Assembly (NCBI GenBank): GCA_963721655.1 | Contig: CAVRKH010000012.1 | Span: 17,518-81,517 of the forward strand | Origin: an uncultured Chloroflexia bacterium | GTDB lineage: Bacteria > Chloroflexota > Limnocylindria > Limnocylindrales > CSP1-4 | Length of the DNA stretch: 64,000 nucleotides | Direction: 5' to 3' | Shown here: positions 41,512-52,516 of the stretch, in pieces | How the letters are laid out: each line of letters starts with the position of its first letter | How positions within the stretch are numbered: the first letter of the stretch is position 1 | Program-made: the position numbers and the translations under genes | The notes under the pieces: model-generated | What the model was told of the DNA's origin: nothing | The model's input: only the letters and a program-made list of their open reading frames with translations | Databases searched by the model: none

Positions 41512-42834
41512 CTAGCGGCGCGTCGCGGCGGCCACGAACTCGCGCAGGCCGGGGCGCTGCCCATACAGCAGCACGCCCGCGGAATAGATCCGGATCGCCG
41601 CCATGGCGACGGCCGCGATCGCGAGCACGAGCAGGCCCAATGACAGCGCCACCTCCCACGGCGGGACCCGGCCGACCATGAGGCGGGCCAGCATCGCGAA
41701 CGGGCTGAACGGCGGCAGGAGCGACATCAGCCGCGCGACCGGTCCGGCGCCACCGGTCAGCAGGATGGGCAGCGCGCCGAGATAGCCGACCATCGCGAGG
41801 AGGCTCAGTGGCAGCGACAGCGTCTGCAGGTCGTCGGGGCGGCTCACGAACGAGCCGACCGCGGCGTACACGAAGGCGTACAGCGCGAAGCCGAGCAGGA
41901 AGAACGTGCCGTAGGCGAGGAGCAGGCCCGCCGTGAGGCCCGTGATCGGCGTTCCGGAGGCTCCCGCCGGCCCGAGCACCGCCGCGGCGATCCGGTCCTG
42001 GAACGCGAGCACGAGCAGCGCCGGCAGCGCGATCGCGACGTACTGGGTGAGCCCCGCGCCGCCGATCCCCAGGACCTTGCCGATCACGAGCTGGCGCGAC
42101 GATGCGGCGCTGATCATCAGCTCCATGACCCGGCTGCTCTTCTCTGCGGCGACGCCGGTCGCAACCCACATCCCGTAGATCAGGATCGACAGGAACATCA
42201 GCACGATGAAGACCGTCCCGACGAAGCCGCGGCTGGCGATCTCCTGCTGGCTCACCGGGCGGCCGTCGCTCGTCGGCGCCGTGGCCGACTCGAGGTCGAA
42301 CTGCGGCGCCTGGAACGGGTCGAGCTGGGCGTCATCGGGGAGGTTCGCGGTCCAGTCGAGCACCGCGAGGCCGATGGCGGCGAAGCCGACCAGCTGGGCG
42401 CGCGTCGCGTCGGCGATGCCCGGCGTCCGGAACGTCACGTGCAGCCGGCCATCGTCCTGACGGTCCACCAGGATCACGCCGGCGTAGGCGCCGTTCGACA
42501 GGCCCTCTTCGGCAGCCGCCGGATCACCAACGACCGCGAACCCGAACGGCTTCTGCCAGGTTGCCTGGTCCACGCCCTGCGGCGGGTTGTTGAGCATGGC
42601 GTCGACGACGCCGACGGCGCGCTCGCCGAGGGCGGCGTCAGGCGACACGATGGCGAGCTGGGTCACCGTCCGCGCGTCGAGATAGCGGACCGCGATGGGC
42701 GTGAGCGCCACGCCGAGCGCGAGCGCCATCAGGATGAGCGTGGACATGAGGTACAGGCGGCTCCGCACCCGGTCGCGGTATTCGCGCCGGGCAACGATCG
42801 CGGCATTGGGCAGGAGCGGGTCCACGCGGGCCAT
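41512..42834 (-). CDS. ABC-2 permease (NatB/YhaP-like)
   Basis: VAAEKSSRVMELMISA, GKVLG, YAAVGSFVSR.DD, PFSPFAMLAR. Confidence 0.9.
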   Translation of the reverse strand: MARVDPLLPNAAIVARREYRDRVRSRLYLMSTLILMALALGVALTPIAVRYLDARTVTQLAIVSPDAALGERAVGVVDAMLNNPPQGVDQATWQKPFGFAVVGDPAAAEEGLSNGAYAGVILVDRQDDGRLHVTFRTPGIADATRAQLVGFAAIGLAVLDWTANLPDDAQLDPFQAPQFDLESATAPTSDGRPVSQQEIASRGFVGTVFIVLMFLSILIYGMWVATGVAAEKSSRVMELMISAASSRQLVIGKVLGIGGAGLTQYVAIALPALLVLAFQDRIAAAVLGPAGASGTPITGLTAGLLLAYGTFFLLGFALYAFVYAAVGSFVSRPDDLQTLSLPLSLLAMVGYLGALPILLTGGAGPVARLMSLLPPFSPFAMLARLMVGRVPPWEVALSLGLLVLAIAAVAMAAIRIYSAGVLLYGQRPGLREFVAAATRR

Positions 42835-43766
42835 CAGGGCGCCAGCGTCCGTTCGCCATCATCGGGAGCACGCCCGACGTGCTCGATGAACAGCGTCTCG
42901 AGCGACGGTTCGTCGAGCTCGAAGTGCGTCACCGTCGAGCCGCCACGCACGGCGGCCGCGAGGACCGCGTCGGGTTCGATGCCGTCGGTGAGCTCGAGCT
43001 CGGTCCGGTCAACGCCAGATCGGCGAACGAGGACGCCGGGCAGCCGCTCGAGCCAGGAATGGTCCCCCGATCCGTTGAGCCCGATGCGCACGATCCGCCG
43101 GCCGCTTGACCGCTTCAGGTCGCGGATCGTCCCACCGGCGACGACGCGCCCCCGGTCGACGATCGCGACGGACTCGCACATCGCCTCGGCGAGCTCCATC
43201 TGGTGGGTCGAGAAGACCACCGTGCGGCCCTGGTCGCGCAATTCGAGGAACGCCTCGCGCAGGAGCGCGAGGTTGACCGGATCGAGGCCCGTGAACGGCT
43301 CGTCCATGAGCAGGACCTCGGGCTCGTGGAGGATCGCGGCGATGAACTGGACCTTCTGCTGGTTGCCCTTCGAGAGCTCCTCGGCGCGCCGGTTCGCGTA
43401 TTCGGCGATGCGGAAGCGGACCAGCCAGCGCATGGCCTCGCTGCGGGCACGATCGCGCGATGCGCCATACAGCTCGGCGAAGTAGACGAGCTGGTCGAGG
43501 ACCGGCAGCCGCGCGTACAGCCCGCGCTCCTCGGGGAGGTAGCCCCACGTGCGGCGGGACAGCTGGTTGCTGGGCGTGCCGTCCCAGCGCACCTCGCCGG
43601 AATCCGCCTCGAGGATGCCGAGACAGATCCGCATGGTGGTGGTCTTGCCGGCGCCGTTGGCACCCAGGAAGCCGAAGATCGCCCCGCGCGGGACGCTGAA
43701 CTCGATCCCGTCGAGTGCGGTGACATGCCCGAAGCGCTTGGTGACGCGATCGATCTCGAGGCTCAC
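42834..43766 (-). CDS. ABC-2 ATP-binding protein (NatA/YhaQ-like)
   Basis: GANGAGKTT, YLPEERGLY, LSKGNQQK, DEPFTGLDPVN. Confidence 0.93.
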   Translation of the reverse strand: MSLEIDRVTKRFGHVTALDGIEFSVPRGAIFGFLGANGAGKTTTMRICLGILEADSGEVRWDGTPSNQLSRRTWGYLPEERGLYARLPVLDQLVYFAELYGASRDRARSEAMRWLVRFRIAEYANRRAEELSKGNQQKVQFIAAILHEPEVLLMDEPFTGLDPVNLALLREAFLELRDQGRTVVFSTHQMELAEAMCESVAIVDRGRVVAGGTIRDLKRSSGRRIVRIGLNGSGDHSWLERLPGVLVRRSGVDRTELELTDGIEPDAVLAAAVRGGSTVTHFELDEPSLETLFIEHVGRAPDDGERTLAP

Positions 43767-43830
43767 CGGGTCAGGATAGTCCGCGGCGCCTCCGCGACCG
43801 ATCGGGGAGTTCCCCTCGGCGGCGCGGCCT

Positions 43831-46372
43831 TCAGGCGATCCACAGGCGCCCGCGGACCGTGCGCACGACCTCGGCGAGGACGGCCGGCGCGAGCGCCACG
43901 ACGGCCACGATCAACCAGTCGTCTGGCTCGAGCGGCGTCGCCCGGAAGGCCTCGGCGAGCGGCGTGATGTGCGGGATCGCGACCTGGACGGCGACGACGA
44001 GCAGCCCGGCGAGCAGGAGGAACGAGTTGCGCCCCAGGCGGTGGAGCGGGATCGTCAGGCTGCGATTGGCGTATGCCCGCACGACCTGCGCGACGACGAG
44101 CGTGGTGTAGGCAAGCCAGCGCGTGTGGTCGGGCGATCCGGGGTGCGTGACCATGATCACGAGGGCCGCGACGGCACTGAACCCGCCCGCGGCCGTGATC
44201 CGCAGCAGGATCTCCCGGCTGAGGAGCGGGATGCGCCGATCACGCGGCGGGCGGTGCATCAGGCCTGGCTCCGCCGGCTCGCGCTCGAAGGCGACCGACG
44301 TCGACAGGTCGATGAACAGCTCGAGCCACAGGATCTGGAGCGGCAGCAGCGGCTGGCCGAACCCGTAGATCGTGGCGATGAGGATGAATCCCAGAAGGGC
44401 GACGTGCGTCGAGACGATGAAGACGAGGCCCTTCTGCACGTTGTCGACGATCCGCCGGCCCTCGCGCAGGCCGTACATCAGCGTCGCGAACGAATCGTCC
44501 CCGAGCACCAGGTCCGCCGCTTCGCGCGCCACGGCCGTGCCGGAGCCCATCGCGACGGCAACGTCGGCGCGGTTGAGCGCCGGCGCGTCGTTGACGCCGT
44601 CGCCGGTGACCGCGACCGTCCGGCCGTGCTCGCGGGCGACCCGGACCAGCCGTTCCTTGCCCTCTGGCGTCGATCGGGCGACGACCTGCAGGTTGTCCAG
44701 CTCCGCGGCGAGCTCCGCGTCGTCCCAGGACTCGATGGTGCGTCCAACGACGACCTTCGGATGCTCCAGGCCGGCCTGGTGGGCAATCGCCGCCGCGGTC
44801 GCCGGATGGTCGCCGGTCACGACGATCGTCTGGATCCCGGCATTGCGGGCCGTCGCCAGTGCCTCGCGGATTCCGTCGCGGAGCGGGTCAGCGAAGCCGA
44901 TGAGCGCTCGCATCTCGGTCTGGCCGTCGCCCTCGCGGCGGGCCAGGCCGACGGTCCGCTCCCCGGTGGCCGCGGAACCCTCGATCAGGACCTCCCACGC
45001 GGTCCTCGTCATCCGTGACCCGCTCGCTTCGGCGAGAACGGCCTCAGGCGCGCCGATGAGGAGCGTCTCGACCCGGCCGTCCCGCCGCGCCCTGGTGCGG
45101 GCGAACGGATGGGCATCGGAGACGGGGTCCGCGTCGAGGAGCTCGGCAGGATCGAGGCGCGCCGCCGGCCCGTCCTCCGCCACCGCCCGCATCAGCGAGC
45201 GCGTGAACGAGCTTGGCGGCGAGCCGGCATCGATCGCCCAGGCGTCCTCCTCCGCGCGCAGCGCATCGAGCAGGATCGCCGCTCGGCCGTCGGCGTCCTC
45301 GACCGGGCCGGCCGGGGTCCGGACCGATGCCACGTCGAGGCGGTTGCGGGTCAACGTCCCGGTCTTGTCGGTGATGATCAGGTCGACCGCCCCGAGGGAC
45401 TCCTCCGCGTTGAGCCGGCGCACGAGCACGCCCCGCTTGAGGAGGCGGTACGCACCCAGGCCGAGAACGACCGCGAGGAGGATCGGCGGCTCCTCGGGGA
45501 TTGCGGCGATCGCGGCCGAGATGCCGGCGAGGATCGTCGCGCCTGCGTCCTGGCCCCGAATGAACCCCAGCGACATGACGATCGCGATCAGCCCGATCGC
45601 CACCCACAGGAGGATGCGGACGAGCCGGTCGAGCTCGGCCTGCAGCGGCGACCGGCGCCGACCGCGATCGGCCAGCCCACCCGCGATCCGGCCGAGCTCG
45701 GTCGACGCGCCGGTGGCGACCACGATCCCCTCCCCTCGCCCGCCGACGACGCTCGTTCCGCCGTAGGCGATCGACCGCCGGTCGGCGAGGTCGCTGTCCC
45801 CGACATCAGGCTCCGTGCGACCCTGCTCCGGGATCGATTCGCCGGTGAGGACGCTGCGGTCGAGCTGCAGGCGGTCGACGCGGATCAGGCGCAGGTCGGC
45901 CGGCACGACGTCGCCGCCCGACAACAGGACCACGTCGCCCGGGACGATGCTCGCGGCGGTGACCTGCGACCACCGTCCCGTTCCGTCGGACGCGGGCCAT
46001 CGGTGCGCTTGCATCGCGGAGCGCCTCCAGCGCCCGCTCGCCGCGGTACTCGGTGATGACGTCCGCGCCGACGATCGGGATCAGGCCGACGAGCACGAGC
46101 AGCCCGTCGCGCGCCTCGCCGAGCAGCACGGCCCCGGCGCCCGCCGCGAGGAGCAGGAGCACGAACGGCTCCGTGGCCGCCTCGACGACGAGTCGCCACA
46201 CGCTCGTCCGCTTCGGCGGCTCCAGCTGGTTGGGCCCGATCCGGGCGGCGCGCCGCGCGGCCTCGGTGGATTCGAGGCCGGCGGGCGGGTCGACCGCCAG
46301 CCGATCGGCAACCGCCGCCGCCGGCAGGGCGTGCGCGTCGGGCAGCGAGTACGCCTGGGAGCTCGCGGACAT
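43831..46372 (-). CDS. P-type cation-transporting ATPase, P2-like (frameshift ~45970)
   Basis: TGES, DKTGT, VVTGDHP.TA, VTGDGVNDAPAL; M4 AIPEEPP. Confidence 0.9.
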
Positions 46373-46454
46373 GTCCTCATGATCGGCGATCGGCGCCAAT
46401 TCGCCACGTGCCGTCCGGCCCGATCCGCGGGCGGGCACAGGGCAGCGTGCGACA

Positions 46455-46874
46455 ATGCGGAACGTGACCACACCGATCTCGTCCGGCGCGCCGAGCGCGA
46501 CCCCGACCGGGATCCACGCAGATCGTGCGGCCGGCAGCCTGACGGTCGACTGGGCCGACGGCCACCAGACCGCCTACGACGCGCGCTCGCTGCGCTGGAT
46601 GTGTCCGTGTGCGTTCTGCCGCGGCGAGGCGGGCCTGCCCGGCTGGCTGGACTCGGCGCCGACGCTCACGGATGAGCAGATGCGGCTCGTCGACGTGCAG
46701 CTGGTCGGCAGCTATGCGATCTGCCCGACCTGGGGCGACGGCCACCGAACCGGCTACTACTCGTTCGCGATGCTGCGCGCCCGCTGCCCGTGCCCCGTCT
46801 GCACAGCTGCCGGCGGTGCTGGTGACCCCGACGAGCCAAAAGCACCCGCCCATCACCACGGAGATTCGACATGA
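46455..46874 (+). CDS. DUF971 (GBBH-N-like) protein
   Basis: W.DGH...Y....LR..CPCA.C, VGSYA...W.DGH.TG.Y; extra CPCPVC. Confidence 0.88.
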   Translation: MRNVTTPISSGAPSATPTGIHADRAAGSLTVDWADGHQTAYDARSLRWMCPCAFCRGEAGLPGWLDSAPTLTDEQMRLVDVQLVGSYAICPTWGDGHRTGYYSFAMLRARCPCPVCTAAGGAGDPDEPKAPAHHHGDST

Positions 46875-47215
46875 TCGTCGTCACCACCCCGTTCCTTGCC
46901 GGCAACCGCGTCCTTGAGTCGAAGGGCATGGTCTTCGGCCTCGTGGTCCGCAGCCGCGGCCTCGGCGGCAACGTGATGGCCCAGCTGCGGTCGCTCGGGG
47001 GTGGCGAGATCCACGAGTACACCGAGCTGCTCGAGGACACCCGCCGGCAGGCCCTCGACCGCCTCGTGCAGAACGCGACGCTGATGGGCGCGAACGCGGT
47101 CCTCTCGATGCGCTTCGACAGCTCGGAGCTGTCCGGCACGATGAGCGAGATCGTCGCGTACGGAACGGCGGTCGTGGTCGAGCCGGACGCGGGTGCGACC
47201 CAGTCGTCGGAGTGA
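46871..47215 (+). CDS. YbjQ/UPF0145 family protein
   Basis: GMVFGLVVRSR, GGEIHEYTELL, GANAVLSMRFDS, VAYGTAV. Confidence 0.92.
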   Translation: MIVVTTPFLAGNRVLESKGMVFGLVVRSRGLGGNVMAQLRSLGGGEIHEYTELLEDTRRQALDRLVQNATLMGANAVLSMRFDSSELSGTMSEIVAYGTAVVVEPDAGATQSSE

Positions 47216-47222
47216 CGCGGCG

Positions 47223-47570
47223 ATGATGATCCTGCGCGCGCTGATCCTCGGGCTCGGCGCCCTCCTCATCCTCGGCGGCTTTGCCGCCATCGCGGTCGGA
47301 GGCTGGGTAGGTCTGTGGGGGTTGTGGTTGGTCGTGGGCGGACTCGTGATCGTGGCGGCGATCCTGCTCGAGCGACGGCGCTACCGCTCCGTGGCCGCCG
47401 AAGTCGGCCCGGAGCCGCCCGGTCCCGGCGGCGGGGAGCCGCTCGACGAGCCGCTCGAGCCGCGCTTCAGCCCGACGACCGAACGCTTCGTGGACCCGAC
47501 CACCGGCGTGACGATGGTGGTGTGGGTGGACAAGGCGTCCGGTGACCGGCGGTACCGGGCGGACCGATGA
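47223..47570 (+). CDS. Small membrane protein
   Basis: Two hydrophobic helices, ERRRYR, ERFVDPTTG...VW.D...G.RRY. Confidence 0.7.
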   Translation: MMILRALILGLGALLILGGFAAIAVGGWVGLWGLWLVVGGLVIVAAILLERRRYRSVAAEVGPEPPGPGGGEPLDEPLEPRFSPTTERFVDPTTGVTMVVWVDKASGDRRYRADR

Positions 47571-47671
47571 TCGTCATGGGCGGACTGATCAAACGCGCGT
47601 GCTATCCTCGCCCGCCCGTGGTCGGCCCAATCGCCCACGCGATATCCACCTGAGAGGCAGAGCCGAAGCGC

Positions 47672-49846
47672 ATGGCTGCCGTCCAACCCGGAACCGTCTC
47701 GCGACCGCAGGTTCGGCGTGCGCGGCGGCCCGCACGCGCGGAGGCCCCGCTCCCGTACATCAATCGCGAGCTGTCCTGGCTGGAATTCAACGCGCGGGTC
47801 CTGCACGAGGCTCGTGACCAGCGCAACCCGCTGCTCGAGCGGATCAAGTTCCTCACGATCTTCGCGGGCAATCTCGACGAGTTCTTCCAGGTCCGTGTCG
47901 CCGGCCTGCGCCAGCAGGTCCAGGCGGGCAAGGCCGCGCTGTCGCCGGACGGCCGGACGGCCGAAGACCAGCTCGCAGCGATCCGCGAGCGGGTGCTCGA
48001 GCTGATTGCGGACCACTCGCGAATCTCGCTCAACGTGCGCGCAGCCCTCGCCGAGGAGGGGATCGAGATCGTGGACTACGCCGCGATCCCGCAGCACCAC
48101 CAGGCGCTCCGTGAGCGGTTCCTCGAGGAGATCTTCCCCGTCCTCACGCCGCTCGCGGTCGACCCCGGGCATCCGTTCCCGTACATCTCGACGTTGAGCC
48201 TGTCGATCGCCGTGGGATTGCGCGACCCGGAGAGCGGCGAGCGCCGCTTCGCGCGCGTCAAGGTCCCCCAGATCCTGCCCCGCCTGATCGTGGTCGAGCC
48301 GTCGCGGTTCGTGCTCATCGACCAGGTGATCGAGGCCAACCTGGATGCCCTGTTCCTCGGCATGGAGATCCTCGATCACCACCTCTTCCGGGTGACGCGC
48401 AACGCCGACCTCGCGATCGAGGAGGACGAGGCCGACGACCTGCTCATGGCGATCGAGGAGGAGCTGCGGCGGCGGCGTTTCGGCGAAGCGGTCCGGCTCG
48501 AAGTCGAGCGATCGATGCCGCCGATGACCCGGCGCATCCTGCTCGACGGTCTCGGGCTGCGCGAGAACGACGAGTACGAGATCAGCGGGATGCTCGACCT
48601 GACCGGGTTGGGCCAGCTCATGGACCTCGACCGGCCGAACCTCAAGGTGGCGCCGTGGGCGCCGGTCACGCCGCCGCGCCTCGTCCCGCCCGACGAGGAC
48701 GAGCCGGCCGACGTGTTCGCGGCGATCCGTGCCGGTGACATCCTCGTCCACCACCCCTACGAGTCGTTCGCGGCGTCGGTGGAGCGGTTCATCGCGCAGG
48801 CCGCCGACGATCCCGATGTCCTCACGATCAAGCAGACGCTCTACCGGACCTCCGGCGACTCGCCGATCGTGCAGTCGCTCATCAGTGCCGCCGAGCGCGG
48901 CAAGCAGGTGGTCGTCCTCGTCGAGATCAAGGCCCGCTTCGACGAGGAGGCGAACATCGTCTGGGCCCGCAAGCTCGAGCGCGCCGGAGCGCACGTCGTG
49001 TACGGGCTGGTCGGGCTGAAGACCCACAGCAAGACCTCGCTGGTCGTCCGCCGGGAAGGATCCGGGCTGCGCCGCTACGTGCACATCGGAACCGGCAACT
49101 ACAACCCGAAGACCGCCCGCCTGTACGTGGACCTCGGCCTGCTCACCGCCCGCCCCGAGATCGGCGCGGACGTCACCGACCTGTTCAACGTGCTCACCGG
49201 CCTGTCGCGGCAGCATTCGTTCCGCCGGCTGCTCGTCGCTCCGCACAGCCTCCGCTCCCGGTTCCTCGAGCTCGTCGCCCGCGAGGTCGAGCACGCACGT
49301 CTCGGGCACGAGGCGCGCATCATCCTCAAGCTCAACGCGATCGTGGACGTGGCGGTGATCGAGGCGCTCTACGAGGCGGCGCGGGCCGGGGTCAGGATCG
49401 AGCTGATCGTCCGCGGCGCGTGCTCGCTCCAGCCCGGCGTGCCGGGCCTGTCCGAGAGCGTTCGCGTCCGATCGATCATCGGCGAGTTCCTGGAGCATTC
49501 CCGGATCTGGGGCTTCGCCAACGGCGGCGACCCGGAGTGGTACATCGGCTCGGCCGACCTCATGGACCGCAACCTCGACCGGCGGGTCGAGGCGGTCGTG
49601 CCGGTCGAGGACGCCGAGGCGCGCAACCGGCTCGCCGGGATCGTCGAGGTCCTGCTCTCCGATGACCGCCGCTCCTGGCAACTGCTGCCCGACGGCACGT
49701 GGAAGCGGACGGAGGAGCTCGAGGGACGCGAGGGGACGATCGATACGTTCGAGGTCCTCAAGGAGCGGGCCCTGGCGATGGACGACGAGTCCCACCTGCC
49801 TCGGCGTCCGCATGCCGGCGCCGGCTCGCTGGATCCTCGCGCGTGA
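47672..49846 (+). CDS. ppk1: Polyphosphate kinase 1
   Basis: NRELSWLEFNARVL, GNLDEFFQVRVAGL, HPFPYIS, HHPYESF, ARFDEEANI, GLKTHSK, GTGNYN, SADLMDRNLDRRVE. Confidence 0.97.
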   Translation: MAAVQPGTVSRPQVRRARRPARAEAPLPYINRELSWLEFNARVLHEARDQRNPLLERIKFLTIFAGNLDEFFQVRVAGLRQQVQAGKAALSPDGRTAEDQLAAIRERVLELIADHSRISLNVRAALAEEGIEIVDYAAIPQHHQALRERFLEEIFPVLTPLAVDPGHPFPYISTLSLSIAVGLRDPESGERRFARVKVPQILPRLIVVEPSRFVLIDQVIEANLDALFLGMEILDHHLFRVTRNADLAIEEDEADDLLMAIEEELRRRRFGEAVRLEVERSMPPMTRRILLDGLGLRENDEYEISGMLDLTGLGQLMDLDRPNLKVAPWAPVTPPRLVPPDEDEPADVFAAIRAGDILVHHPYESFAASVERFIAQAADDPDVLTIKQTLYRTSGDSPIVQSLISAAERGKQVVVLVEIKARFDEEANIVWARKLERAGAHVVYGLVGLKTHSKTSLVVRREGSGLRRYVHIGTGNYNPKTARLYVDLGLLTARPEIGADVTDLFNVLTGLSRQHSFRRLLVAPHSLRSRFLELVAREVEHARLGHEARIILKLNAIVDVAVIEALYEAARAGVRIELIVRGACSLQPGVPGLSESVRVRSIIGEFLEHSRIWGFANGGDPEWYIGSADLMDRNLDRRVEAVVPVEDAEARNRLAGIVEVLLSDDRRSWQLLPDGTWKRTEELEGREGTIDTFEVLKERALAMDDESHLPRRPHAGAGSLDPRA

Positions 49847-51538
49847 CGACGACCCGTTCGCCTCGGCCTGTGGAGATCGAGCTCAAGTACCGGGTGCACG
49901 ACGGCCCGGCGGCCGAGCGCTACCTCGAGGCCGACACGCTGGCCACGTTCGTCTCGGCCTCGACGATGCGTCCGCGGAAGGTCGAGGATCGCTACGTCGA
50001 CACGGCGGATGGCGATTTCGCGAAGGCCGGCTTTGCGGCGCGCCTGCGCCGGACGAACAAGGGCACGAGCGTCGGCCTGAAGTCGCTCAATGGCGGACCG
50101 GGTGCCGCCGGCGACGGCTCGGCCACGCACCGGCGCGAGGAGCTCGAAGGCCCCGCCCATGAATCGGCCGGGCCGCACGAGTGGCCCGTGTCGGACGCCC
50201 GCTCGCTCGTGCTCGAGCTTGCCGGCGATGCACCCCTGCTCGAGTTGGTCACCGTTCGCCAGCTCCGCCGGCGACGCGAGCTGCGCGACGGGGATACCCG
50301 AGTGGAGCTGACCCTCGATGACGTCGACGTCGTGGTCCGGGGCGAGGTCGTGGACCGCTTCGCCGAGCTCGAGGTCGAGTTGCTCAAGGGCGACGAGGCG
50401 CGCCTGGCGGAGCTCGACGGCGTGCTGCGGGCCGACCCGGGCCTGAGTCCGTCAACGCTGTCGAAGCTCGAGTCGGCGCTCGCCGCGGTGAGTCGGAAGG
50501 GCGCATCGGACGGGATCGGCCCGGATATCGAGCCGGTGCCTTCGACGTCGGACGAGCTCCAGGAAGACCAGGTCGAAGCGCCCGGCGAGTCGACGGGCCT
50601 GCCGACCATCAAGACGCCCGGCGTCACCGCCGACGACCACGTGGCCGAGGCAGCTCGCAAGGTCTTGCGCTTCCACCTCGCCCGGATGCTCGCTCGCGAG
50701 GCGGGCACACGCGAAGGCACGAACAACGAGGAGCTCCACGCAATGCGGGTTGCGACCCGCCGCCAGCGAGCCGCGTGGCGCGTCTTCGGCGATGCGTTCC
50801 GTCGCGGCCGCACGAAGCGCTACCGCTCGGGCCTGCGCGAGATCGCATCCCGCCTCGGGGCCGTGCGCGATCTCGATGTCCTGCTCGACGCGGCCGATCT
50901 GTACCGCGCGGACCTGCCGAAGGTCGACCAGCGCAGCCTCGAGCCGCTGCTCGGCAGCTGGCGCCAGCATCGCGACGACGCGCGCGTGCTGCTCACGCGC
51001 GAGCTCGATTCGGACGGCTACCGGCGCTGGGTCGATGACTACCGGGACTTCGTGCGGACGGAGGGCGCGGCGGTCATCCCGGTGGGCCCGGTGGAGCCGC
51101 ATCGCGTCCGTGACACGGCACCATCCCGCATCTGGGCCGCCTACGAGCACGTCCGCGGCTACGAGGCCGTGCTCCGCTGGGCTGACGTCGAGACGCTCCA
51201 CGAGTTGCGGATCGCCGGCAAGTGGCTGCGCTACACCATCGAGTTCGTGCGCGAGCCACTCGGGCCGGATGCGACGCCGCTGATCACACGGGTCGTCGCG
51301 CTCCAGGACCACCTCGGACTGATGAACGACGCGAACGTGGCTGCCCACATGGCGCGCACGTTCCTGGTCGAGCATGGCTCGCGAGTTGAGCTCGCAGGAA
51401 AGCTCCGCAATCGGCCGCTACCTCGTGGACCGCGAACGCGACGTCGCGCGGCTGCGGCGGACGATCGGGAGACCGTGGAGAGGCGTCGCGGGCGTCGGCT
51501 TCCGACGCGCGTTGGGACGGGTGGTCGCCGGACTCTGA
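49843..51538 (+). CDS. CYTH-CHAD protein (inorganic triphosphatase/polyP-binding; frameshift ~51385)
   Basis: VEIELKY, DRYVDT...RLR, FAELEVEL; CHAD LHAMRVATRR, LGAVRDLDV, LHELRIAGKWLRY, LQDHLGLMND. Confidence 0.9.
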
Positions 51539-51545
51539 CGTTCGC

Positions 51546-52500
51546 TCAGCCGCGCCAGCCGTGGGCGAGGTCGGGCAGGCGGTCACGCCAGGCGGAGCCC
51601 GGCATGGTGCACCGCAAGGATCGCGCCCTCACGCAGGCTCGCATTCGACACGCGCATGCGGTCCAGTCCGTATCGCTCGAGCAGGGCGGCCACGATCGCC
51701 CCGCCTGCCGGCAGGAGGCGCGCGCGAACCGGATTGATCAGATGGCGCTCGGCGGCCAGCTCGGCCGGCTCCGCGGCGAGGATCCCCTGGATATCGGCCA
51801 GTCGGCGACGCGTCAGCGTCCGATCGAGCAGTGCGGCCGGGATGACCTTGATCAGGTTCGAGGCGGTGCCGCCGACACCGACAAGGTCGCGGGGCCCGGC
51901 GTCGGTCGCGCCGGCCAGGATTTCGTCCGCCTCTGCCAGCATGCCCGCGACCTCGTCCGGGGCCGGCGGATCGTGCGTCACGTGCCTGCTCGTCAGCCGG
52001 GCCGATCCGAGTTGGAGTCCCCACGCGGCTGCGGGGCGGTCCGGTCCCACGAACGCGAACTCCGAGCTGCCACCGCCGATGTCGACGACCAGCGTCTCGC
52101 GCTCGACGGGACGCCCCTCCGTCACCCCGAGCAGCGTCAGGTACGCCTCTTCTTCATGTGACAGGACGTGGAGCGGCGCGCCGGTCGCCACCCCGGCCTC
52201 GTGGACGATGGCCGCCGCGTCAGCCGCTCTGCGCAGCGGTTCGGTGCCCAGGAGGGTGATCTCAGCGACCCCGAGGCGCCGTGCCGTCTGCACGTACTGG
52301 ACGAGCGTGGCGACGAGCTCGCCGCGGCCGGCTGAGCCGAGCGGCTGTCCGTCGTGGACGGCGTCACCAAGGCCGAGGAACACCGACTCGTCGACGAGCG
52401 GCTCCAGCCGGTGGCCGGCAACCGCGGCCACGAGCAGATGAACCGAGTTCGAGCCGAGGTCGACAGCCGCCCCGATGGCGGCCCGCCGACCGGGCCGATT
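51546..52500 (-). CDS. ppx: Ppx/GppA exopolyphosphatase, short form (start uncertain; frameshift ~51590)
   Basis: AVDLGSNSVHLLV, GTEPLRRA, EEEAYLTLLG, VDIGGGSSE, GVGGT, SLREG. Confidence 0.88.
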
Positions 52501-52516
52501 GGCGGGGCTGGTCGCG

